A stretch of DNA of 50,459 bases from Prevotella sp. (GCA_031285625.1 JAITVV010000051.1:1-50459); one strand, 5' to 3'; positions 40,454 through 50,434 are shown, counted from the stretch's first letter. Notes: a model not told the origin generated them from the sequence alone. Numbers and translations: made by a program.

Positions 40454-41719
40454 TTATAAACCTGTGGTAAATTCAGTACTTTTTATTTTTGCGGATTTAT
40501 TACTATAGGAGTCTACAGCCGTTATCTGTACAGTGTATCTTGTTTCCGACTCTAGATTTGCTATATTGGTTTTTAATGAAGTTGGCATAAGACTATTGAG
40601 ATAAAATTGAGAAAAAATTGTTATGCTTCTATATACTTGATCACTATTATTTGATATCTCTATAATATAATGATGGACAACTTCGTCGTCTGTAGCCTGA
40701 GGAAATAATACCACACAACCATTAGGGGTTATATCGTTTATGATAGGTATATCATTTTCCTTAAAGACTGGAGCATTTCCTCCATTGCGATTGCTATATG
40801 TAAAGGCTGAGCCATTATGAGGTGCTTTTATTACCCATCTTGGCAGAATTTCTTCATTACGATAAGTATCCCATCTTTCAATTTCTAAGTCAAGATTCTC
40901 TTTGACGGCTACAATAACTCCTTCTGTGACTTCATTATTGCCTGGAGGATGTTCTCCTTCACTGAAGCCTGATTCTATTTCACTATAAGTAACGCTTCCG
41001 AGATTTACAGATGTAAAACTTTCTTGATGGATAGAACGGGGATCTCCTATAGGGAAGTGTGAATGTCCGGAGAAAAGTATAGCCTGAGGATACTTTTCAA
41101 ATACATGGGCTAATGTGCCAGATCCCCATCCTTCATGCTGTCCTGTACCATATACAGTATTAATAACCCCGATATGGGCAAATACAAATATAGGAAGTCC
41201 AGGATATCTTTTACTGGCATCTTCTAAAGAAAGTGATAAAAAATCTATTTCTTCCTGAGTATAGCCTCCCCCTCTGAGGCTTATCGTAATGAAAGGGAAC
41301 CCCTTTATATCTATATATTGATGCAATGGTTGTTTAAGCTTATTAATATACAGGGTTTCCGGATTGCCATCAGTCCAAAGCTGGTCATGATTACCTAACA
41401 TATAGTATACCGGGAGATTTGACGCATATGTACTGAATATCTGAATAAGGCCATTGTATTGACTATCTTTTGAGGTATCAGTTAAATCTCCTACGACGAA
41501 GATAGCATCTAATTGAGGGTTTCTACTTGACATTACATTCAAAGTTTTAATTACTTTGTCTTTAGAGTCAGGACGTCCGATATGTATATCCGAGATGACG
41601 GCAAAATTCGGGTAAATACTTTTTTCCGTGATAACCTGTGTTTCATCAAAATCATTGGTACAAGCTGCTAAAAAGAATAGAAGCGAAATGATAGATAGTG
41701 GGCATTTAAAATTTTTCAT
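40454..41719 (-). CDS. Metallophosphoesterase lipoprotein with C-terminal FN3 domain
   Basis: Lipobox LAAC; SDIH, GDLTD, GNHD and GHSH motifs; FN3-like L...TRYTVQITAVD. Confidence 0.88.
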   Translation of the reverse strand: MKNFKCPLSIISLLFFLAACTNDFDETQVITEKSIYPNFAVISDIHIGRPDSKDKVIKTLNVMSSRNPQLDAIFVVGDLTDTSKDSQYNGLIQIFSTYASNLPVYYMLGNHDQLWTDGNPETLYINKLKQPLHQYIDIKGFPFITISLRGGGYTQEEIDFLSLSLEDASKRYPGLPIFVFAHIGVINTVYGTGQHEGWGSGTLAHVFEKYPQAILFSGHSHFPIGDPRSIHQESFTSVNLGSVTYSEIESGFSEGEHPPGNNEVTEGVIVAVKENLDLEIERWDTYRNEEILPRWVIKAPHNGSAFTYSNRNGGNAPVFKENDIPIINDITPNGCVVLFPQATDDEVVHHYIIEISNNSDQVYRSITIFSQFYLNSLMPTSLKTNIANLESETRYTVQITAVDSYSNKSAKIKSTEFTTGL

Positions 41720-41896
41720 AACATAAAAGATCTAAATTAACAAATGGGCATTTATATGAATTCTAAATATTATCATGATCCGGGCATTGTCATTGATACG
41801 ATCGAGTGATCAAATTAGAATTCTAAGAATATATCAAAGCTTTAACATACTCTTATAAAAATTAAACAATTGTTTGTCTCGTTTTGTTCTGAAAAT

Positions 41897-41926
41897 AAAA
41901 AAGACTATGCTTTATGCATAGTCTTT
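41897..41926 (-). terminator. Terminator after gpmA
   Basis: AAAGACTATGC/GCATAGTCTTT perfect stem plus T run on the minus strand. Confidence 0.85.
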
Positions 41927-41951
41927 AACTATATTTTTAGCTGATTTGCTT

Positions 41952-42698
41952 TTATTTCTTTTTACCTTGATTAGCAACTGCATCCATCAATTTTTTGATT
42001 TCTTCAGGATCGCCAAGGAAATAATCTTTTACCAAGTTTAGGTTATCATCAAACTCGAACACATAAGGTACAGCCGTAGGTAAATTCAAGCTAACGATAT
42101 CTGCATCAGAGATTCCTTTAAGGTATTTGATGATACCACGTAAGCTATTGCCGTGAGCAGCAACGATGATTTCGTCATGGCACATTAATGAAGGGTAGAT
42201 AACTTCTTGCCAATATGGAAGAATGCGTTCTACTGTTTCTTTTAATGCTTCTGTTTCTGGAATATATGATTTTGGAATATCAGCATAACGAGGATCTTGT
42301 GAAGCTGAACGAGGATCAGACGGATCTAGTGGTGCAGGTGGAACATCGTAGCTACGTCTCCAAACCAGTACTTGCTCATCTCCATATTTTTCTGCTGTTT
42401 CAGCTTTATTCAAGCCTTGAAGCATACCGTAATGTTTCTCATTCAGGCGCCATGTTTTTTCAACAGGGATCCAGTCTAGGTCCATTTGGTCAAGGATGTT
42501 ATTTAATGTCTTAACAGCTCTTTTCAGATAAGAAGTGTACGCTAAAGTAAATTTGTAACCTTCTTTTTTTAGTAATTGTCCTGCTTTAAGAGCCTCTTGT
42601 ACTCCTTGTTCCGACAAGTCAACATTTGTCCATCCTGTAAAGCGGTTTTCTTTGTTCCAAACGCTTTCTCCATGGCGAATTAATACTACCTTTTTCAT
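41952..42698 (-). CDS. gpmA: 2,3-bisphosphoglycerate-dependent phosphoglycerate mutase
   Basis: [25 protein letters not shown] and AHGNSLR motifs. Confidence 0.97.
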   Translation of the reverse strand: MKKVVLIRHGESVWNKENRFTGWTNVDLSEQGVQEALKAGQLLKKEGYKFTLAYTSYLKRAVKTLNNILDQMDLDWIPVEKTWRLNEKHYGMLQGLNKAETAEKYGDEQVLVWRRSYDVPPAPLDPSDPRSASQDPRYADIPKSYIPETEALKETVERILPYWQEVIYPSLMCHDEIIVAAHGNSLRGIIKYLKGISDADIVSLNLPTAVPYVFEFDDNLNLVKDYFLGDPEEIKKLMDAVANQGKKK

Positions 42699-42774
42699 CT
42701 TTATTTACTATTTTAATTTGTGATTTTTCTCGCAACGCAAAGTTATTAAAATATGGCGGATTCACAAGCCGTTT

Positions 42775-43536
42775 TTAACGAATAAATACCCATTCTTTAT
42801 CATCCGAAAGTTGTGGCGCAAAGCCATAACCTTCAGTATCAAATGCTTTCAGATGCTCTACATCCGTTAGCTGATTTTGTATAATAAAACGGCTCATCAT
42901 GCCACGTGCTTTTTTTGCATATACTACTATTTGTTTATATCCTTTATCAGTTTGTTGTTTAAAGATAGGAGTAATTATCCTGTGTCCTTTCGGTAGCAAT
43001 TTTTTATTCACAGCCTTAGCATATTCTTTCGAGGCCAGATTGATGAGGATATTATCATCTGCTTTCATTTGTTTTGCCAGATAGTTACTAATTGTATCTG
43101 TCCAGAACGCATATAGGTCTTTCCCTTTATTGTTCACTATAGGTATTTGCATTTCCAGCCTGTATGGTTTAATCAAGTCCAGAGGCTTGAGAACTCCATA
43201 TAGCCCGGAAATATGTAGAAGATGTTTTTGTGCAAAATCCAGTTCCTCTGTAGTAAATGTTTCAGCATTGAGACCTTTATAGGCGATGCCATTATATGCA
43301 AAAGCAGCTTGTTTTTGCGGAGTTTTACTCAACGGAAAAGCATGTATATATTGGTATACATCGTGTGCCATTTGAGGATTAATACTCATAAGAGAAGCTA
43401 TTTCTTCTACAGATATACCTTCCATTGATTTATATAATCCTTTGGCTTCTTTCCCGTAGAGTGGGGTAGTGGCTTCTTTTGTTGGGGCCGGTGTTTCAAA
43501 ATTTTGTAGTTTGGCCGGCGACATTATTATAATCAT
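42775..43536 (-). CDS. yaaA: Peroxide stress protein YaaA
   Basis: SPAK, SGLYGVLKPLD..PYRLEM, NLAS.EY and KKARG motifs. Confidence 0.93.
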   Translation of the reverse strand: MIIIMSPAKLQNFETPAPTKEATTPLYGKEAKGLYKSMEGISVEEIASLMSINPQMAHDVYQYIHAFPLSKTPQKQAAFAYNGIAYKGLNAETFTTEELDFAQKHLLHISGLYGVLKPLDLIKPYRLEMQIPIVNNKGKDLYAFWTDTISNYLAKQMKADDNILINLASKEYAKAVNKKLLPKGHRIITPIFKQQTDKGYKQIVVYAKKARGMMSRFIIQNQLTDVEHLKAFDTEGYGFAPQLSDDKEWVFIR

Positions 43537-43542
43537 ATCTAT

Positions 43543-44055
43543 TTATTTTACAAGTTCATGATAATGCATATCTATGATCTTATTATTTTTAATAGCAGCA
43601 TTTCTTAATACTGCGATTTTCTGGAAACCCGCTTTCTCCAAAACTCGCATCGATGCAATATTGTGCTCAAATACAGGTGCAAACAGGCGAATGATAGGAG
43701 TATTATTGAAAACATAGTCAACAACATCTAATACAACGTTTGTCATTAGTCCTTTGTTCCAATAATCTTCTCCCAGCCAATATCCGATTTCGGCGCTTAC
43801 ACGTTCTACATCCGTTTGAGGAACAATGCCAACCATACCGACAGCATTTCCATCGACTGCAATGGTAAAGTCTTCGATACTCTCTTTTTGGTTTACAAAT
43901 GTGATAAAATCAATAGCATTTTGCTTAACATACGGATGAGGAAAATAATCACGTACATTATTCCATATATTAATATTATTTGCATGCTTAGCTATTGAAT
44001 CGGCGTCATTTATATTTAACTGTCTCAATATATATTTTTCGCGTTCTATTTTCAT
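43543..44055 (-). CDS. GNAT (RimJ/RimL-like) acetyltransferase
   Basis: EIGYWLGEDYWNKGL and NIASMRVLEKAGF motifs. Confidence 0.92.
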   Translation of the reverse strand: MKIEREKYILRQLNINDADSIAKHANNINIWNNVRDYFPHPYVKQNAIDFITFVNQKESIEDFTIAVDGNAVGMVGIVPQTDVERVSAEIGYWLGEDYWNKGLMTNVVLDVVDYVFNNTPIIRLFAPVFEHNIASMRVLEKAGFQKIAVLRNAAIKNNKIIDMHYHELVK

Positions 44056-44058
44056 ACT

Positions 44059-44937
44059 TTATTTAGGTAACAGATTTCTTATTTTCTTTTTTATGCAATA
44101 AATATGTGCCCAGAGTGAATCTGACCCTGTAAAAACAAAATCAGTTCCCGGAAGTATGCTTTTCAGAGCTGAAGTATTGAATATTCCTTCTCTACCCATA
44201 TATCTCAATAACGATTTTCTGTATTTATCAGATTTATTATTCAGATTATATTTTTTGTATAAATAAATCTTTTCTGAAATCCGGATTTTAGTTTCTGTCA
44301 GGCATTGCCGGGTAATCTGAAATTCACTTACTCCAATATTAACCAATATTTCGGGGGTGAAAACAAATGATTCTTCTCCGGTAATTATCTGCATATAAAA
44401 ATCAATATCGACAAGCCAGATTAGATTTGGATCGAAAGTATAGTTCTCATTTCTAAAAATAGAGACACTGGGTGCCCCCAATTGATTTCCTGTATATATC
44501 GTTTCTCTTTCTTCTCTCAGACTGGATAAGAATGTCTCATCTGCAATATGTATTTTCTTCTCATTGTTTGCATTTATATCACAACTAGCAGAAAAGGCTA
44601 TGTTTGCATTTGGGTTTTCTTCAAGTAATTTTACGAATTTTCCCAAACTTTGCGGTGAAGAGAACCAATCATCATGATGCAGAATTTTTATGTATTCACC
44701 TTTCGCTCTTTTTATTCCTTCGTTCCAATTTTTTGGTGAGCCTAATGCCTTCTCATTCTTATAATACTGTATACGTTTGTCCGAATATATTTCTATGAAT
44801 TTTTGTAACGAATTATCAGGTGAATCGTCTGTAATTATAACTTCATAGTCCGAAAATTCTTGTTCAACTATTGAATCAAGGCATCGTTTCAAGAAGTCGA
44901 TATGTTTGTATGCCGGAATACAAATACTTACCTTCAT
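44059..44937 (-). CDS. Glycosyltransferase family 2
   Basis: VSICIPAY, IITDDSPD and GEYIKILHHDD motifs. Confidence 0.92.
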   Translation of the reverse strand: MKVSICIPAYKHIDFLKRCLDSIVEQEFSDYEVIITDDSPDNSLQKFIEIYSDKRIQYYKNEKALGSPKNWNEGIKRAKGEYIKILHHDDWFSSPQSLGKFVKLLEENPNANIAFSASCDINANNEKKIHIADETFLSSLREERETIYTGNQLGAPSVSIFRNENYTFDPNLIWLVDIDFYMQIITGEESFVFTPEILVNIGVSEFQITRQCLTETKIRISEKIYLYKKYNLNNKSDKYRKSLLRYMGREGIFNTSALKSILPGTDFVFTGSDSLWAHIYCIKKKIRNLLPK

Positions 44938-46385
44938 TTTTTTACTCTTTTGTTTGTAATGTATTCGATAGCCTCCCTTAATATTTTTGCTTTAGAAAAA
45001 TATAGGGTACCAATATATAAAGTGGCAACAAAAAATATCTGACATATCATTAGGATTACGGGTTCTGATATAACAAAACGCAGGAGATAACCACAAGTAA
45101 TGCAGATGAAAGATATACTGAAATATGGTAATAAGTCTTTGGCTAATTCTATAATTCTGTATCCTATCAGTTTGTTGGATATTATACTTGAAACAATATA
45201 TCTGATAATGTAGCTGGAAGATATACCTGCAATATAATATAAGTAACCAAGTTCGAGTACAAATGGAATACATATAGCACTGAATATAAGGATGGCATGC
45301 ATAATAGTTAATGTCAGAATAATTCCGGACTTGCCCTTAATCCTTTGTATATCTGCATTAGCTGTTTCCAGTCCGGAGAATATGCCGCCCAAGCATAATA
45401 GTTGAAGAATCGGTGCGGCAGACAGCCATTGTTCACCAAGTACATGCATAAATGACTCTGCAACCAGTATTATCCCCATAAACATAGGGAATATAATAAA
45501 TGCTTTTATACGGATAAACTTTCTAAATATATATTTCAATCTATGATCATCATCATGAATAGATGATAAAATAGGGTAGGAGACGCTGTATACCGAACCT
45601 GTTAATACATCATTTGCCGAATTGTAGTTCCTGTATGCCAGATTATATAAACCACCGATTCCCAAAGTGTAATATTTTCCTATTATATTCTGAGGGATAT
45701 TTACCATAACGGAATTAATAATACTCCCCAATACCAGCTTAGAACTGAATGCAAAAAGTTCTCTGAACGATTCTTTGTTAAATGAGCCGGACGGTTTCCA
45801 TCTACTAAAGATCCATAAACAGGTTACTTTCAGAAATGTCCATATTACTACCTGTGCTGCCAGAGCCCATACTCCGAAGTTATAATATGCTAAAATCAAT
45901 GTTATAGAATATGAAACAAATACAGAAAAGGAGTTGATTTTAGTAATTAATTTGTAATTGATCTCTTTGATCAACCGTGCATTCTGCACAACGGCGAAAG
46001 AATTGAATAGGAACGACAGAAATAAAAATCTTGATAAGGGGGTTAATACAGGTTTTTCATAATAGTTGCTAATAAGGGGCGCTAGAAAAAATAAAAGTAA
46101 GTATAGCACTATTCCTATAGAAATATTTAGATAGAATACTGTTGTATAGTCAGCCTGAGTAATGTTCTTTTTACGAATGATAGCACTTGTAAATCCACTC
46201 TCATGCAATATATTAGCTAATCCTGTAAAAATAGCTAAAACCCCTATCAATCCATAATTTTCCTTATCTATCAAACGGGCAAGAAGTATTCCGGCCACAA
46301 ACACAAAACCATTCTGGAACAGTTTATCAAGAACACTCCAGCTGAGTCCTGAAACGGTTTTGTCTTTAAGTGATTTTTCTTTCAT
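44934..46385 (-). CDS. Wzx/PST-family flippase
   Basis: LARL...YGL, FGVWALAAQ and IIGK.Y...G.YN.A motifs; about 12 TMs. Confidence 0.9.
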   Translation of the reverse strand: MKEKSLKDKTVSGLSWSVLDKLFQNGFVFVAGILLARLIDKENYGLIGVLAIFTGLANILHESGFTSAIIRKKNITQADYTTVFYLNISIGIVLYLLLFFLAPLISNYYEKPVLTPLSRFLFLSFLFNSFAVVQNARLIKEINYKLITKINSFSVFVSYSITLILAYYNFGVWALAAQVVIWTFLKVTCLWIFSRWKPSGSFNKESFRELFAFSSKLVLGSIINSVMVNIPQNIIGKYYTLGIGGLYNLAYRNYNSANDVLTGSVYSVSYPILSSIHDDDHRLKYIFRKFIRIKAFIIFPMFMGIILVAESFMHVLGEQWLSAAPILQLLCLGGIFSGLETANADIQRIKGKSGIILTLTIMHAILIFSAICIPFVLELGYLYYIAGISSSYIIRYIVSSIISNKLIGYRIIELAKDLLPYFSISFICITCGYLLRFVISEPVILMICQIFFVATLYIGTLYFSKAKILREAIEYITNKRVKK

Positions 46386-46467
46386 CAACGAGCTGTCTAA
46401 TGTTGGCTGATTTCTTTATTGATCACAAAACTACTAAAAAAAGGTAAGCTTTCTTTAGTTATAATTG

Positions 46468-46653
46468 AAAAGTGACAAAGTCGCAAATATTGTTTGTTTG
46501 TAATACCTTGTTAATTATCCATTTATGGCTAAAAGGTGACAAAGTTAACACATAATAATGGTATTTTAATTGTCCCTCTCTTAGTATGTCAAAAAGCTTT
46601 ATATTAGATAATTATATTGTTTTGACTTGATAACTTGTTACTTTTTTACTTTC
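46468..46653. repeat. Degenerate arms of the same palindromic repeat family as 18280/19101
   Basis: AAAAGTGACAAAGT (46468), AAAAGGTGACAAAGTTAACA (46531), TGTTACTTTTTTACTTT (46636). Confidence 0.55.
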
Positions 46654-47441
46654 TCTCCATCTATTATTTTATAATTAGCTTTATCCAAGTCAAATCTTTT
46701 TACAAAATCATCTATGAATCCTTTGTTATCACATCCAATAAGGATATCTTGGGTAAATTGTCCTCCTCTAAACCACGCCAGGGCTTTATGTTCCTTATTA
46801 TAGAATATAGTATGTCCATAATATTCTAGATTTGGAATCCGTGTAAAGAAGTCTTTATAACGTTTCTCTGCTACTTCACTTGGCCAGGATAATGTGTCGG
46901 TAAATCCTTTAAGTCGGCTATACATTACTGTTTGCATGTGATTGATGGCAAAGCATGATATATCTATAAAGGATTGTTCCCAGAATGACATAGCATCCTT
47001 TTCCCAATACCAACCATAGTCTTTTGCATAATAATTGAGCCTGAGTTTTCCCAGATCAATCCCCCATGCATATTTCTTTCCCTGGATTTTATATGCAAGG
47101 TTATTGTTTTCCACATATAGTTTGTCTAGAGGCAGAAAATTAAGATTCTCTAGTTTTGATTTCAAGAATCGTTCATCATTCCCAATATAGTTATATATTA
47201 TTTTCAGAGCCTTAGGTATTTCTGTTCCTATTCTTTGCTCAGTTTCTCTTATCTTGTCTTCTGAAACCCCACTTTTTATTATGTCTATATTGAGTATATC
47301 TTTTAATAAATCGAGCCAGATCTGTAGTTGATCTATTTCTTTTTTGGTGATGCGGTGATTCTTCCAGTAGCGGTCAATTTTCTTACCTTCATTATTGGTA
47401 TGGAAACCATTCTTTTCATCTTCATTGTATTGTATAGTCAT
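46638..47441 (-). CDS. Hypothetical protein with SMI1/KNR4 (SUKH)-like domain
   Basis: GVSEDKIRETEQRIGTEIPKALKIIY matches the SUKH/SMI1 N-terminal pattern. Confidence 0.6.
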   Translation of the reverse strand: MTIQYNEDEKNGFHTNNEGKKIDRYWKNHRITKKEIDQLQIWLDLLKDILNIDIIKSGVSEDKIRETEQRIGTEIPKALKIIYNYIGNDERFLKSKLENLNFLPLDKLYVENNNLAYKIQGKKYAWGIDLGKLRLNYYAKDYGWYWEKDAMSFWEQSFIDISCFAINHMQTVMYSRLKGFTDTLSWPSEVAEKRYKDFFTRIPNLEYYGHTIFYNKEHKALAWFRGGQFTQDILIGCDNKGFIDDFVKRFDLDKANYKIIDGEKVKK

Positions 47442-47475
47442 TATATAAGTGTTTTAGTAGAAGAATAAAGATAAT

Positions 47476-47509
47476 AAAAAAAGTGCAACCATTTCTGATT
47501 GCACTTTTT
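47476..47509 (-). terminator. Terminator after tsf
   Basis: AAAAAGTGCAATCAG/TGGTTGCACTTTTTT (minus strand). Confidence 0.85.
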
Positions 47510-47528
47510 ATATTTGATAGAACTCTGA

Positions 47529-48353
47529 TTATTCAGCGTTCAATGTATAGCGTTTAAACCCTGTAACAGCCAGTTCTTTATCGTGTTCAGCTAGATACTG
47601 AGCAACTGTTTGTTTTGGATTTTTGATAAATTCTTGTTGGAGAAGAGTAAACTCTTTGAAGAATTTTTGAAGAGCACCTTCTGCTATTCTTTCAATTAAA
47701 TTTTCAGGTTTACCTGCTTCACGAGCTTTTTCTTTTGCAAGATTGATCTCTCTTAGTCTGATTTCTTCCGATACATGTTCTGCAAGAAGAGCCACAGGGT
47801 TCATTGCAGCAATTTGCATAGCTACATCTTTAGCTACTTGTTCGTCTACGTTTGGTTTGTTGAACCCAACTATTGCAGCAAGTTTGTTACCTGGGTGAAT
47901 ATAAGCTACTACAGTAGGAGCAGTTACTTGCTCAAATATATTCAATTCCATTTTTTCGCCTGTAACACCCATTCTGTCTGTAACAAGGTCTGCTACAGTA
48001 CGTCCGTTTACATCGATAGCTTTTAATGTATCCAGATCAGCAGGTTTGTTTTCTAATGCAGCATCTAAAATTGATTTTGTCATACCTACGAAGTCTGCGT
48101 TCATAGCTACAAAGTCAGTTTCACAATTTACTGCTACAAGAGCAGCAAAGTCACCTTTAGTTGCTGCAAGTACACAACCTTCGGTGGCATCACGATCTTC
48201 ACGTTTTGCTGCGAAAGCCTGTCCTTTTTTACGAATTATTTCGATTGCCTTGTCAAAATCACCTTCTGCTTCTGTTAAAGCATTTTTACAGTCCATCATA
48301 CCCGCTCCGGTCATTTTGCGCAGGTGTTGGATATCAGCCATAGATATTGCCAT
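47529..48353 (-). CDS. tsf: Elongation factor Ts
   Basis: LRKMTGAGMMDCK, NCETDFV and AMQIAAMNP motifs. Confidence 0.98.
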   Translation of the reverse strand: MAISMADIQHLRKMTGAGMMDCKNALTEAEGDFDKAIEIIRKKGQAFAAKREDRDATEGCVLAATKGDFAALVAVNCETDFVAMNADFVGMTKSILDAALENKPADLDTLKAIDVNGRTVADLVTDRMGVTGEKMELNIFEQVTAPTVVAYIHPGNKLAAIVGFNKPNVDEQVAKDVAMQIAAMNPVALLAEHVSEEIRLREINLAKEKAREAGKPENLIERIAEGALQKFFKEFTLLQQEFIKNPKQTVAQYLAEHDKELAVTGFKRYTLNAE

Positions 48354-48382
48354 AGTCTCTTTCTCCTTTTTATTTAGTTATA

Positions 48383-48447
48383 AGTTTACTAGTCTACTAA
48401 GTGTACTAGTTTAATTTTTGTATATTTTAAAGAAACTAGTAAACTAG
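48383..48447. repeat. Inverted array of degenerate 8-mers (AGTTTACT)
   Basis: AGTTTACT AGTCTACT AAGTGTACT AGTTT ... AAACTAGTAAACTAG. Confidence 0.6.
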
Positions 48448-48470
48448 AAATCTTTAATACTCTCAAACTC

Positions 48471-48528
48471 AAAAAAGACCAGGAAATAGGCTCTAAGAAA
48501 AGATCTCTTAGAGGCTAATTCTTAGTCT
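48471..48528 (-). terminator. Long hairpin/terminator between rpsB and tsf
   Basis: AGAC..CTCTAAGA/TCTTAGAG..GTCT followed by TTTTT on the minus strand. Confidence 0.7.
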
Positions 48529-48541
48529 GTTATTTTGTGAC

Positions 48542-49393
48542 TTATTCTTCGTCCTCTTTTGCAAACTTGCTAGCTACAGCAGCATTGATTGCATCCTGAT
48601 CTTCTTTTGTTACAGCTTTTTTAGCACCGGCTTTAGCCTTACGCTCTCTTCTTGGAGCTCCTTCTTCGTCCTGTGCTTCGGCAGCAGCTGTATCAGCTTT
48701 CTCTATCTTTCTTTCTTCCAGTCCTTCTTTGATTCCTTCGCAAAGGCTACCCAGAATAAGTTCGATTGATTTTGCTGCATCGTCATTTGCAGGGATTACA
48801 AAGTCTACATCTTCCGGATTAGAGTTTGTATCTACCATAGCAAATACAGGTATACCCAGACGGTTAGCTTCTCTTACTGCAATGTGTTCTTTCATTACGT
48901 CTACAACGAAAAGTGCAGATGGCAGACGGGTAAGGTCTTGTATAGATCCTAATGTCTTTTCCAGTTTTGCACGTTGACGTGTTACTTGAAGTCTTTCTCT
49001 TTTAGATAAAGTTTCAAATGTACCGTCTTTCATCATTTTATCGATAGTCGACATTTTCTTCACAGCCTTACGGATTGTAGGGAAGTTTGTCAACATACCG
49101 CCTGGCCAGCGTTCTACCACGTATGGCATATTTACTGCTGTAGCCAGATCTGTAACTACTTGTTTTGCTTGTTTCTTTGTAGCAACAAACAATATTTTTT
49201 TGCCCGATTTAGCTATTTGCTTCAAAGCAGCAGCAGCCTCTTCGGTCTTAGCTATTGTTTTATAAAGGTCAATGATGTGGATACCATTGCGCTCCATAAA
49301 AATATAAGGAGCCATTGCCGGGTTCCACTTTCTCTTCAAGTGACCGAAGTGTACACCAGCGTCTAATAATTGGTCGAATTCTAATTTTGCCAT
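48542..49393 (-). CDS. rpsB: 30S ribosomal protein uS2
   Basis: AGVHFGH, RWPGGMLTNF, DTNS and PANDD motifs. Confidence 0.98.
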   Translation of the reverse strand: MAKLEFDQLLDAGVHFGHLKRKWNPAMAPYIFMERNGIHIIDLYKTIAKTEEAAAALKQIAKSGKKILFVATKKQAKQVVTDLATAVNMPYVVERWPGGMLTNFPTIRKAVKKMSTIDKMMKDGTFETLSKRERLQVTRQRAKLEKTLGSIQDLTRLPSALFVVDVMKEHIAVREANRLGIPVFAMVDTNSNPEDVDFVIPANDDAAKSIELILGSLCEGIKEGLEERKIEKADTAAAEAQDEEGAPRRERKAKAGAKKAVTKEDQDAINAAVASKFAKEDEE

Positions 49394-49409
49394 TTGTAGT
49401 TTTTTGTTT

Positions 49410-49485
49410 CGTTTACTTTCTTTTTCTGTTAGCGAATTGTCGGGTAGCTCATTTGCTGAAGTCCCGGCAATTTAGATACTAAACG
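49410..49485 (-). promoter_or_regulatory. Candidate structured rpsB leader
   Basis: CGTTTA/TAAACG closing stem around the AATTGCCGGG/CCCGACAATT stem. Confidence 0.45.
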
Positions 49486-49585
49486 TCATTTCGAGTGATG
49501 AGGCCGACTCATCATATATTAACCAACCTGTAACTTTTAAGCGGCAGTAGCCGTGAAAGCGTAATTGGGTAAAATAATATCCAAA

Positions 49586-49972
49586 TTAACGTTTTGAGAA
49601 TTGAAATCTTTTTCTTGCTTTCGGTTGTCCCGGTTTTTTACGTTCTACAACACGAGGGTCGCGAGTCATAAATCCTTCAGCTCTTAGAGCAGCTTTATCT
49701 TCAGCATTGATCTTAACCAAAGCACGGGCAATACCCAGACGTGCAGCTTCTGCCTGTCCTTTGTATCCACCACCGTTCAGGTTGATCTTGATGTCGTATT
49801 TTTCAGCAACAGCTAATTTGTTTAGCGGTTGTTTTACAACATACTGAAGAATAGTTGAAGGGAAGTAATTGTCTAGTTCACGTTTGTTGATCACTATTTT
49901 TCCGGTTCCTTCGCTTACGAATACGCGAGCTATAGCAGCTTTACGTCTTCCTATTGCATTTACTACTTCCAT
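49586..49972 (-). CDS. rpsI: 30S ribosomal protein uS9
   Basis: GRRK, GGG..GQA and ERKKPG...QFSKR motifs. Confidence 0.98.
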   Translation of the reverse strand: MEVVNAIGRRKAAIARVFVSEGTGKIVINKRELDNYFPSTILQYVVKQPLNKLAVAEKYDIKINLNGGGYKGQAEAARLGIARALVKINAEDKAALRAEGFMTRDPRVVERKKPGQPKARKRFQFSKR

Positions 49973-49978
49973 TAATAA

Positions 49979-50434
49979 TTATTTAAGAGCGTTAATATCT
50001 ATTGTTTTTGGCTGTTGAGCTTCATGATTATGCTCAGTACCTGCATATACATAAAGGTTTTTCAAAAGAGCTGCGCCAAGACGATTCTTAGGCAACATAC
50101 CTTTTACTACCTTATGCACCAAGCGGTCGGCTCCTTTTTCCATCAATACGGCAGGAGTAGCTTCTCTTTGTCCTCCCGGATATCCTGTATATCTCAAATA
50201 TACACGGTCGTTCCATTTATTACCAGTCAACACCACTTTTGCTGCATTGATAATAATTACATTATCGCCACAGTCTACATGCGGAGTAAAACTTGGTTTA
50301 TACTTCCCTCTCAGAAGTTTTGCCACTTTGGATGCCATGCGTCCAAGTGTCTGCCCGTTTGCGTCAATCACAACCCATTCTTTTTGTACGGTTGCCTTAT
50401 TCGCTGAAATGGTCTTATAACTTAAAGTATCCAC
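49979..50434 (-). CDS. rplM: 50S ribosomal protein uL13 (GTG start)
   Basis: LGRMAS, GKYKPSFTPHVDCGD and GMLPKNRLG motifs. Confidence 0.98.
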   Translation of the reverse strand: MDTLSYKTISANKATVQKEWVVIDANGQTLGRMASKVAKLLRGKYKPSFTPHVDCGDNVIIINAAKVVLTGNKWNDRVYLRYTGYPGGQREATPAVLMEKGADRLVHKVVKGMLPKNRLGAALLKNLYVYAGTEHNHEAQQPKTIDINALK

